Shown here: positions 1-10,371 of the stretch, in pieces
Position numbering within the stretch: the stretch's first letter is position 1
Layout: every line of letters starts with the position of its first letter
Assembly (NCBI RefSeq): GCF_001194135.2
Contig: NC_068987.1
Span: 26,683,798 to 26,735,486, forward strand
DNA from: Octopus bimaculoides
Lineage: Eukaryota
Length of the DNA: 51,689 nucleotides
Direction: 5' to 3'
Notes under the pieces: model-generated
Database searches by the model: none
What the model was told of the DNA's origin: nothing
What the model saw: the letters and a program-made list of their open reading frames with translations, nothing else
Position numbers and translations under genes: made by a program

Positions 1-1499
1 TATATTTAAAAAGAAAGTAGATATATGTTATATAATATTAAAAAGTATAGACATAAATAATATATAGTAATTAACCATGTATTTACATATCATATTAGTA
101 TTGGGTTAAATGTCTTTATAAAACTTTTTATAAATTCGTAATAAAAAATAAGAAATTGATATAGAGTTATAGATATATTCATATATAAATATAAACACAT
201 TCAAATATTTTTACATATATAAAAATGCAAAAACATACATAAATATGTATATAAAAAATAAAAAATATAAATAGCCACGCAAATTATTTCATCTTGCATA
301 TATACTTGTATATATTTTTACACGCTCACACATAATAAATATATGGAAATATCTGAACAGAAATCACATGCAGAAAAATTGTATAAATATGTAATTGTGT
401 AAGTTATATGTTACGACTTAGATTCATACACAAAGATTTACTTATATTCAAATAAAGTTCAATAAAAATACAATAGTAAATAAATAAATAAAAATGTATT
501 TATTATACGTACTTATTTTGGTAAGAAAATCTGACAACTCTAGATGTATTTTGTATCCGTCAAATAAGTTAAGGCGAATCTTTTGGTTACATATTATAAA
601 ACGAGTAGCATTTCATTTGTTCGGGGATCTCTAGCGGTAATATAAAGTATAACTTTGATAGGTTTCGGCCATGTCTAACTTAATAGCACCACCTGGTATA
701 ATAAATAAATAAAGATACAAAATAAAAAAAAACGGCGTTGTTATGCGTATAGAATAAGAAGGCGAAGAAAAATCCTTTATATCAAAGAAAAATTTTATAG
801 TTGTTTTTTTAGTTTAGGGGATAAAATTCTTATGTGTGCAAAATAAATAAAGCGATTAAGGAGTGGTGCGGGGGTAATATGGATAGTTAATTTATCTTTG
901 GAATTATAGAAAATATATAGAAAAAATTATTATAGATAAGACAATATATGTTTTATATATAAAGGCTTGGAAAATATATATATGTATATATATTAATATA
1001 TTTAATAAATAAAATATCTGAGTAAAGAATAGTAAGGAAATTTAAAACATTGGAAGGGGAAAGAAGGTAAATATTAATAGTAAATCTAGTAGAGGGAGAA
1101 AAAGTGTGCAAATCAGTATTAATTATATTAATAATAAATAATGGGGGAATACAAATTAGCAATATTAAATGAAAATGATAATTACTACCATTGGGAAATT
1201 TGGTAAAAGTTAGAAGAAAATGGAAAACATATATATACAGAATTGATATAATGAGAGCTGTTATTTTTCAATTTAGGTATAAAAGAATTTTTCAAAGTAA
1301 ATTGAAAAAAGACTAATTAAGAAATAAAAATAAATATAAATCTATAGTTAAAATATCAAAGTATGGGATTAATAGTAGTATACTATATGAACATTATAAG
1401 TAATTAGCTTAATGTATCAACAATGAAGTAAATATAAAGTGATAGCACGGGGTATAGATTAACGTGTGCAGCTCTAGTGGTGGGAGAGATAACTGAACT

Positions 1500-2340
1500 T
1501 TTATCATCTATGTGTTTATATTTGGAACATACATATATTCCTATGTGTAAACAAGTTTTATTTCTTCCATCTCTAAAGTTAAGTAATGGGTATTTCGCCG
1601 AAAAAAAAAAATGAAAAATGTCTCATTTAAACAAAGAAAGCATTTATTATCATTAGGTTTATAAAATGCTGCTGAAGCTATTATATCCAATTTAATATTA
1701 AAATTAATATTGTTATACTTTAGCACCCAAATAACTTTGATTAATCCAGTTGAGTTAGATTTATGTTTATTTCTAAATGTGTATACGTGAGTGATACCCT
1801 TTTCTGTATTTTATTTTAAGTAGATCCAATATAAAAATATTTATTTTCTAGAGCTGTTACTGTACATTGATATATAACACTTCCTATTTTGCACGCACTC
1901 TTAAATAAACAATTATTTCTAATCCTGCAATCACAATTACTTTAGGCATTGTTATTTATATGTCTATTTGATAGGAGAATGTTATTTGTTATGATAGTGT
2001 TATTTCGTAAGATTCGGTTGTTAGAGGATGTTTTATTATCGGGGTTATTCAAATTAATAGAATGTGTATTGAGTACAGGGAAGTTAAGGTAATTAGTATT
2101 ATAATCATAAGTGTTCCTATTTAAGAAGAATTGTCTAGTTTCTTATTGTTCGTAGAAGATATAATAGTATCTATGTTATGGGTTAAGCTATCCAATATTA
2201 ATAGCTTTATTCTTAATTATTTCATAATATCTGTTATTACTAATAAAAAAAATATTAATAATCGTAAAATAGATTTTACTAAATTGTATTTAATTTGCAT
2301 TGCATAATGAATTATTAGTCAGATTTTATTATTAGATTTA
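1500..2340 (-). mobile_element. Degenerate Penelope-like element (probably Naiad-type), RT-linker plus GIY-YIG endonuclease 3' portion
   Basis: Manual minus-strand translation across stops and frameshifts gives YEIIKNKAINIG..NIDTIISSTNNKKL, then NCDCRIRNNCLFKSACKIGSVIYQCTVT..YFYIGST, then FRNKHKSNSTGLIKVIWVLKYNNINFNIKLDIIASAAFYKPNDNKCFLCLNE. This matches the PLE CxCR..C/IY..YIG/W..K....C.LC pattern. Clade assignment is from recall. Confidence 0.8.
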
Positions 2341-2452
2341 CCTGTGTGATTATTAATTATAGGTGTATTATCATCTATTATGTATTTATTATGTTTATTA
2401 TTTTTATAGGATATATGGTTGACTTTATGGTATTGAGTGGCATTACAAATTA

Positions 2453-2462
2453 TTTTATTATC

Positions 2463-2494
<32 letters not shown>

Positions 2495-2600
2495 CATCAT
2501 CATCACCATGAACACCACCACCACCACCACAATCATCATCATCATCATCATAATCGTCGTCGCGTCGTCGTCGTCAACATCATCATCATTATTATTATTT
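2453..2600. repeat. Compound trinucleotide microsatellite (ATT/ATC/ACC/GTC)
   Basis: Directly visible. It abuts the 3' end of the minus-strand LINE and explains ORF 2346-2639. Confidence 0.95.
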
Positions 2601-4225
2601 ATTGCCTTTTCACAGCTTCTAACACTGGAGGTATACTAGGGTGGAAAATGTTCACTGCCAGTGAACTAAGGTAACACCCCTTATTTTTCGAGCAACATCC
2701 GGAGTATTCGAGCGGTTCCAGGCAGTACTGTTTTCTGCAAGTGCTCCACACTTATTGTAGCCTCTATTTGTTCCATGTAATTTTGAAGAGTGTTACTCAC
2801 TGATCCCAGGGCTCCGACAGTTATTGGTACTACTACCTCCTTTTTCAGCGACTACAACTGCTTAGTCTCCCAACCTAACCTGTCATATGTATATCGACTT
2901 TTCTTTCTTCCTTATCGCATACCTCGTTGACAGCTGGGCACGCTATATCTATCATCTAGCATCATTTGCTTTCTTTCTCAATTAACACTATGTCTGATTT
3001 CCTATTCTCCATCTGATGCTCGCACTGAATCATAAAATCCTATACGATCATCTTTGCATTATCATTTTCGATGATGCCTTCGGGTATATGTTCGTACCAT
3101 TTTTTTGCTCGGTCAAGTCCATACTAGTTGCAAAGTGTCCAATGGAGAATCCTTGCTATATTGCCATTATGTCTCTTCTATTCTTTCTGGGCTAGTGGCG
3201 TACATTGACTGGTAATATGCTATACTGTTTCACCATTTTGTCCAAAAATTCAGCACTTATCAATTTCTGATGTATTGTCTATTCTGTATTTTATGTAATT
3301 GATGTAATTAATGCTTGCACTTGGGCTGCACAGATTAGAGCCTCTGCTTCCGGTTTTAAATCACTTTTAATCATCCACAGCCATCTTTCTTCTCTGTCTG
3401 TCTTATCTTCAAAATCCCTATAAAATTTTCCTTGCATTCTTGTCTTTATCCACATATTTTCAGTTTCATTCATTCTCAAGTCCTTGTACTGTGCTTTTTC
3501 TTTGCAAACTTCCATCTTACACAAGCCTGACCTTCTTACTTCCAATAATATCGTTTTCGTGGCATTTTTTACATACCATGGTATGTAGTTTCTTCTGCTC
3601 TAATGCTGTGTTCGCATCCAATCAGTAATCTCCCTCTTTTTCTTGGTACATACAGTCTGTAAGTGTCACTTTTTCCGTTGAGTATTCCATATCTTGTCTG
3701 CAATTTCCTCGTCTTTCTTTCTAAGCTGTTTAGTTCGTCTACTGTCCATGCGATTAGCCCTGCTCTATGTCCAAGTAGTGAAACCACCCAGATCTTCATA
3801 GCTTCAATTCTATTCTGTCCGTTTACTTTCGACTTAAGGATCAGTCTCAGTCTGCACAAGTACTCCACCTTAAATCTTTCTGGCATTTCTTTCTCCATCA
3901 TTTATCCATTTCCAAAATCCCCAAGTTCTTATAGCCCGTCTCTTCTACCTGCTTCATAACCTCCCCCGACGGTATCGCTAGTCTGTCCATACATTTGATT
4001 TTGCCGCGTTTCAAGTCTAATACACCACACATTTTCAATCCGAACTCCATTCTGATATCAGCACTGAAAGAATACACCGTATTAACAAGGGAACTGACTT
4101 GCGATTTATCTTTACAGTAAAGTTTGAGGTCATCCGTGAATAACAAATGGTTGAGTTTTTGTCGGCGGTTTTTGAATACATACCCAGGCTGTGCTTTCCT
4201 CAGAATCCGTGTTAGTGGTACCATG
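2601..4225 (-). mobile_element. 5'-truncated, frameshifted R4/Dong-type non-LTR retrotransposon (RT + REL endonuclease)
   Basis: RT motif NHLLFTDDLKLY..IRMEFGLKMCG, YKNLGILE, ALICAAQVQAL. The C-terminal region reads RHNGNIARILHWTLCN, WYEHIPEGIIENDNAKM..DFMIQC, KSDIVLIEKE, VPITVGALGSV, LPGTARILR*. A short 3' UTR is followed by a (TAA/TGA)n tail. Confidence 0.9.
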
Positions 4226-4239
4226 CACAGTACAACGAT

Positions 4240-4385
4240 CTTCTTTCAGTTTCCGTCTGCCTAATCCTCTAACAAGGCTTTGGTCGGTCCGAGGCTATAG
4301 TAGAAAACACCCAAGTTTCCATACAATGGGACTGAACCCGGAGCCATGTGGTTTGGAAGCAAGCTTCTACTACACAGATGCATAC
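4240..4385 (-). mobile_element. tRNA-derived SINE type A (octopus-type), 5' half
   Basis: Similar to in-window copies at 26020-26432 and 39865-40230 (ttctttcagtttccgtct..aaggctttggtcgg..gaggctatagtagaa..gactgaacccgg). Confidence 0.85.
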
Positions 4386-4428
4386 TTTTGCACGCGTTTG
4401 ACATAGTTGGCAACGTACTGGCGTGATG

Positions 4429-4776
4429 CTAACTTTGAATTGCCGTATTACTGGAGATGTGGAATTTTCCTTCGACCTTTGCTATCAGAATTTGTTCCTT
4501 GTGCCACTTGTAATGTAGAAGGTCCCCATTCTGTGCCAGCTTCCTGATGGCACCTCCAACAACCAATCTCCAAATTCCCTTGCTCGGATCTTCCATCATC
4601 CTGCCCTGCAGTTGTTGGATGAATTGGAGAGAGTGGACGCAGTCAGAATGCCTGTTGTGTCCCTTCATGCTGGCCGCAGCTCCGTAGCCTCCATTGCAGC
4701 TGTTCATGTCACCTCTTACAGCTTTTACAGCGCTCATAGTATATTGAACACCTGTCATGATTTTGTAATTTGACAC
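4429..4776 (-). other. Unassigned 115-codon ORF in a GC-richer island
   Basis: ORF track entry; GC is visibly above background; no family recognised. Confidence 0.2.
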
Positions 4777-5405
4777 CCGAGAGGAATCATCATGCTACAG
4801 GTAACTCAATTCCAATATTCATGTGGCTTCCGTTCCTCCATGTCAGTGAACATTTTCTCAATTACAACTTCGGTCTTTATGCAATCCAACATTGTTAATT
4901 GCTCTTGAAAAAAAGGAGGAGGCATAACAGGTCGTCAAATCTAGGGTAGGAGACCCTGTATTCCAATATTTAATCTAGAATTGCTACAACACATCATATA
5001 TTTTCAGGCTATGTTATGATCAAGTATGTTTACTTAAATGAATTACTGTATTTTGTGCATAAGCATTATAGAATACATTCCGAATACATAACGTTATCAA
5101 TTATCATATATCATACATACTTTAAAATATACATATATTGTTAATATATATGTTCGCTGAATATTTTCTATTTTATATATGAATTTGCGTACGAAATATA
5201 TTACAACTGCCACTTTCCAAAATGTACATATATGATATATACATACGCCACATACTTATCAAATTGTTATATTATACAAAGTAAAGTTCATCATACATAA
5301 CTGATTTTAACTTTAATAAGTTCTTACTCGAAAAGCGTTGGTAGATTTCATTAAATTCACTGATTCATGCTCAATGAAGCAGATCATTTATTACAATATT
5401 TCCAG

Positions 5406-5611
5406 CGGATGCGAGTGCCCTTGAGCTGGTCTCTGAAACGGAATTTGGGGACCTCGAACAAACAGGAGTTGACAGGGAAGACGCGTTTGAGGCATACGTA
5501 AGAGGCAGAGACCACACGTTGAAGACGCAAAGAGTGACTCGCATTTTTCGTCCCCCAGCACCTACCTCTGCAATAAATGGCCCCCGCTCTTCTATAAAAC
5601 GCTTGGACTGA
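5406..5611 (+). CDS. Putative terminal coding exon (ADASALELVSETEFGDLEQTGVDREDAFEAYVRGRDHTLKTQRVTRIFRPPAPTSAINGPRSSIKRLD*)
   Basis: Acceptor-like tttattacaatatttccag ending at 5405, an open frame to TGA at 5609-5611, and elevated GC. No upstream exon was found and the product is unknown. Confidence 0.35.
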
Positions 5612-6200
5612 ACAGCTGCATCAGGCATCGGCACTCTTCACCTCCACGAGGATGAAAACGCTTAATCACTCGCAACACATTGGCTACGAGTCAATACTGA
5701 GACGTTATGTTTCGAATAATATTTCACGTTTTTTTGTGTACACAACTTCAGATTGTTCTTATTTCTCATATAGAGGATTGTCAGATAAACGCGTTCGTTT
5801 TTTTTTCTCTATTTATTTTAATCCTGGGTTTTCATCAACATATCTACTAGTAATATATTATTTTTCATTGTTCATGACTCCTTGCCAATATTCTACAAAA
5901 CTGTCAATACTTTGACGGCAGAAATTACCAGGTCTTAATTAGAAGAATTTAACGAAGCCACGTTTTACAGCTCCACTTAGTTGCTGAATCAAGTGCCATC
6001 CAGATACTTGGAGAGCGAGAAAAAAGATAATAATCTGATGGGGCTATTTCAGGAGAATATGGTGGGTACGTTTGAACTTACTACTCAAAATCTTCAATAG
6101 CATGCTTTGTCAAATTGGCGATGTCAACGGTTACCCCCACATGATATATATGTATGTGTATGTGTGTGTTTGTATATATGTATGTATACACACGCACATA

Positions 6201-6390
6201 TTGGGAAACGAACATTAAAAATAACAAAATAACAAAAGTCAAATGGGCGTACACATGGCATGTATTAGATTGACGTTCAGTAAAGTCGGACAAAAGAGTA
6301 GATGTATACCGTTTCCAGCATGGCTCTTCATCAGAGGAGAAAGGAAATGTCAGGAGAAGGACAAAGGCCATGAAATGCTCGTGTGTGTGC
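6201..6390 (-). mobile_element. PLE terminal-repeat-like fragment carrying a degenerate hammerhead core
   Basis: Minus strand reads tctcct-CTGATGA-a-gagc-cat-gctg-GAAA-cggta. Stem II has one mismatch and stem I is not recoverable. It is flanked by TG/TA and CA repeats. Confidence 0.55.
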
Positions 6391-6444
6391 TTACGCATAC
6401 TTGCACACACATAAACACTCACACACACACACATACATATTAGT

Positions 6445-8200
6445 AAAGCTTTCAAGGATTCACCAAGTCTATGCACTAATGTTCCTCCACCTACTGACCT
6501 CAAACTAAGACCCATCATTACTGGTACTACTTGTGAAACTCATCGTTTGAGCAATTTCCGCGACAGCTTACTCAAACCACTTTGAAAATATGTTAAAAGC
6601 TTCACCAGGGATGATTTAGACATTCATTCTTAACTACCTCCCGAAAACTATAAATGAAGAAACCATATTGGTGTCATTCGACATGGTGAACTTGTACACC
6701 AATATCCCACTCAATTATGATATAAAAGCAATCACCTTCTGGCTAGAAACATACTCAGAAGAGATCCCAGGACGTATCAACCACAGCTTCATAATCACAG
6801 CACTGAAATTTATCCTCTAGACTAACTTATTCATGCCCGGTATAGTTTACTATCGATAAAGATGTGGAATTTCAAATTGAACTCGAGCTACTCCAGTGAT
6901 CGCGAACCTTCAAATGGGTTATCTAGAATTTAAAATATACTAACTATCACAGCAAAAATATGGCACCTCATTTCTTAGCTATTAAAGGAGAACTTGAAAA
7001 GGTACTTAGAATATTGCTTTATACTTTGGAACGATAACATAGACAAACACTTCGAATTCAAAATAATGCTCAACAATATCAATAGCAACATACAATTCGC
7101 TATGGAATACAACAATAAACAATTTCCTTTTTTTGACGTCATAATTAAAAGTGTCAATAATCACATCGAAATGGACTTCTTTTATAAACCCACAGATTCA
7201 AAACAATAACTATTATTCAAATCATACCACCTCAAACACATAAAAAATAATCAATCTTATAATCTAGAGAAAAGAATTTGTAACAGTTTCGTATACCAAT
7301 ACCCATGAACTAAGACTGCATGGACTTAAATCAACACTAATCAGGAGACATTACCTAATATCATTAATGGGATTAAATAAGCAAAGGAAATAGACATACA
7401 AACATTAAGGGAAGTTAACCGAAATACCACACCAGATTGAAGTTAACAGAAATACCACACCAGATTGAAAAGTTCTCCCATACATCTCCAGAGATAACAC
7501 AAGAAACAATGAAGCATTCAATATTATCATCCCAAAACTACCCATTCTCACTGGAGATAAAACAATGAACGAAATTTTGGGCTCTCACAAAATTATCAAA
7601 AGCAAAATGCTGCTGAAATCATTGAGAAAAATATTAACCAGAGCAAGACTATCTCACTTAACAACGGATCCACATATGGAAAAATGCGGGCGGCTTAACT
7701 GTGACACATGCCTCCACCTTTTGGAGGGTACAGAATTTTACTTCAAACAAGGTGAAATATTGAAGATAAAGTCAAATTTCACTTGTGCCTCTGAAAACTT
7801 AATCTATGTTATTACATTGTTAGGCTGCTTAAGCAACTATGTAGGCCAGACACGAATGTACCCCAGACGAAGAACAACACTTCACAAAGAACAAATTCGC
7901 ATCCCACAATATATACAGGTACAGATCAGTGAGCATATAGATAGATGTGCTAGGAACCTTAAACCAAACTCTAACTTAACCTTTCCATCAATGTTCCCGG
8001 AACACCTCAGTGCAGCAAAGATGAAATATAGAGGCAATTTTCATCCACAACTTAACATGAACACAAAACTTATTGTAACACATTAAAATTCTTAATAATA
8101 TCAATAATCCAACTAATCCTCATACATCCCATATCCCATTCATATTCTATTAATTATATCTACCTTAATTGCATCACTTTCAGAACTGCTTATCTCCCTT
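6445..8200 (+). mobile_element. Degenerate Penelope-like element (probably Neptune-type), RT plus GIY-YIG endonuclease
   Basis: LRPIITG..THRLSNF, SFDMVNLYTNIP (6674-6709), RYLEYCFILW (catalytic DD mutated to EY, ~7000-7030), IQFAMEY..FPFFDV..FYKPTDSKQ. The endonuclease region reads KCGRLNCDTC..FTCASENLIYVITLLGCLSNYVGQT. Many stops. Confidence 0.92.
7411..7466. repeat. 28-bp tandem duplication inside the PLE
   Basis: gaagttaac(c/a)gaaataccacaccagatt x2. Confidence 0.95.
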
Positions 8201-8459
8201 GCATGCAATCCTTTCAATCAGGTACTATTAAACCAAACAGCGTTTGGAAATCGGTATTGATTCCAAGTTAGCGAAAGGCTATAACAAAACCGGTATGACT
8301 TTCTATAATAACTCATAAAAAAGATGTTCATACTTCTTAATTCCACCTCAAATCCATTATTTGTATGCATGTATACATATATATTTGTATGCATGTATAT
8401 ATAAAAGCCATTACTTTTATATCTAGTGTGTATTTTTTTTTGGTTTAATTTCACATTTC

Positions 8460-8504
<45 letters not shown>

Positions 8505-8639
8505 CATACACATGCACACACACACGCACGCACGACGTAGTTTATAAATATTTTCAGTTGCAGCATAAGACCTGCATTTTAGGTGAAAAGTATAAGATGA
8601 ACACATCGAGAGAAACACTGAATAGGTACATTTGGTTTT

Positions 8640-8755
8640 AAAGACATGAGATGGTGAGAGGCGAATTTGATCCTGGGGGGATTTGAACTTAGTACCTAAA
8701 TCACCATGAGAAATACGCCTAAGCATTTTCTCCAGTGCACTAAAGATTCCACCCC
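8640..8755 (-). mobile_element. SINE type B fragment (5' part)
   Basis: gatttgaactt..aaatacgcctaagcatttt..cactaaagattcc is the reverse complement of the 5' part of the 15414-15630 copy. Confidence 0.65.
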
Positions 8756-8973
8756 GGTCCTAAACATCTCCTGTGATAGCCAAGGTTATGATAGATGTAT
8801 GAATGGCACACGTGATAAATCTCCACATATATATATATTGGTTTCGAATACAGTTTCTTAATTATTTCTTGTAGAACGCAAATTACGTTATTTGTTTGAA
8901 AGTTTAGAACGGTATGTTTGTGTAAATACAAACACACCGACACACGTACGTACATACTTACATACATTTATGC

Positions 8974-8975
<2 letters not shown>

Positions 8976-9049
<74 letters not shown>

Positions 9050-9052
9050 ACA
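8976..9052. repeat. (CA)n microsatellite
   Basis: Directly visible. Confidence 0.98.
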
Positions 9053-9290
9053 TAAATCCGGATTTGTTTAATAAATCAAATTGCTGATTATTGTTATATT
9101 AATATACGCCAATAACGAAATAATAGAAAGAAAATGAAAGCAAAGACAGAAACAGAACCTAATGTACGAAACTTATTAAATATCTCTATTTAACAGGAAG
9201 AAGGAACAATATTTACACAGTAAAAATATCTAAAATATAATATTTCTATCAGACATACGTTTCTTCAAATCTATTCACGANNNNNNNNNN

Positions 9291-9656
9291 NNNNNNNNNN
9301 NNNNNNNNNNNNNNNNNNNNNNNNNNNNNNNNNNNNNNNNNNNNNNNNNNNNNNNNNNNNNNNNNNNNNNNNNNNNNNNNNNNNNNNNNNNNNNNNNNNN
9401 NNNNNNNNNNNNNNNNNNNNNNNNNNNNNNNNNNNNNNNNNNNNNNNNNNNNNNNNNNNNNNNNNNNNNNNNNNNNNNNNNNNNNNNNNNNNNNNNNNNN
9501 NNNNNNNNNNNNNNNNNNNNNNNNNNNNNNNNNNNNNNNNNNNNNNNNNNNNNNNNNNNNNNNNNNNNNNNNNNNNNNNNNNNNNNNNNNNNNNNNNNNN
9601 NNNNNNNNNNNNNNNNNNNNNNNNNNNNNNNNNNNNNNNNNNNNNNNNNNNNNNNN
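9291..9656. other. Assembly gap. Other gaps: 16506-16585, 20558-20567, 22344-23122, 23777-24492, 31101-31548, 33481-33490, 38663-39408, 41918-41927, 42513-42998, 47894-47947, 50254-50539
   Basis: N runs, mostly adjacent to simple repeats. Confidence 1.
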
Positions 9657-10139
9657 TATATATACACATACATATATATATGTATATACACACATATGTG
9701 TATGTATGTATATGTGTATATATATATACATATATATATATATGAATATATATGTGAATGCGTGTGTATGTGTATGTATGTATGTATGTATGTATGTATC
9801 TATATATGTATGTATGTGATATATGTGCTATTCTGAGCACGTATTTTGTTTCTACCTCTTGATGTAAGAAATTTGCTTAATCACTTTGTGATATTCTTGT
9901 GCGTTTTTTTCCTTACCATATATTTGTTTGTGTGCATTCTCTGTCAGATGTCTATGTGTGTTTGAAAAGTACCTATATCCTATGTGTATTCAGTCTAATT
10001 TTCGTATGTGCTGATGTCTTGTATTCCTTCTCTTGTATTCCTTCAATTTCTTTCCTACTATCATCATTCTTTTTTATTCTCCTCACCCATGGTCACTTGC
10101 ACCTCTCTTTTTGTCTGTCGTTATATCTCTGTCAGACTC

Positions 10140-10173
<34 letters not shown>

Positions 10174-10274
10174 CACTGTTTTGTATTTCATTTTATCCCT
10201 ATCCTTTAGTGTGACAGAAAATATGTATATATATATATATATAATTACACAATTATAGTTCATTAATCACCCAC

Positions 10275-10371
10275 CTCTCATCCTCAGCAAAATCGTAACT
10301 TAGGTCTTTTTTAGTCACTGATTTACTAGCAAATGGTATGTCTTCAAGTTGATCATTACGAGTCCTTAATC
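10275..10371 (-). CDS. Putative internal exon, 97 nt, (G)LRTRNDQLEDIPFASKSVTKKDLSYDFAEDE
   Basis: ctctcacag acceptor, AG|gtgggt donor, and only one open frame. The acceptor pyrimidine tract is short. Confidence 0.3.

Noticed and set aside
1-1500. Extremely AT-rich start considered as a mitochondrial insertion
   Set aside because: No mitochondrial gene, tRNA or rRNA motif recognised. Adjacency to the PLE remnant explains it better.
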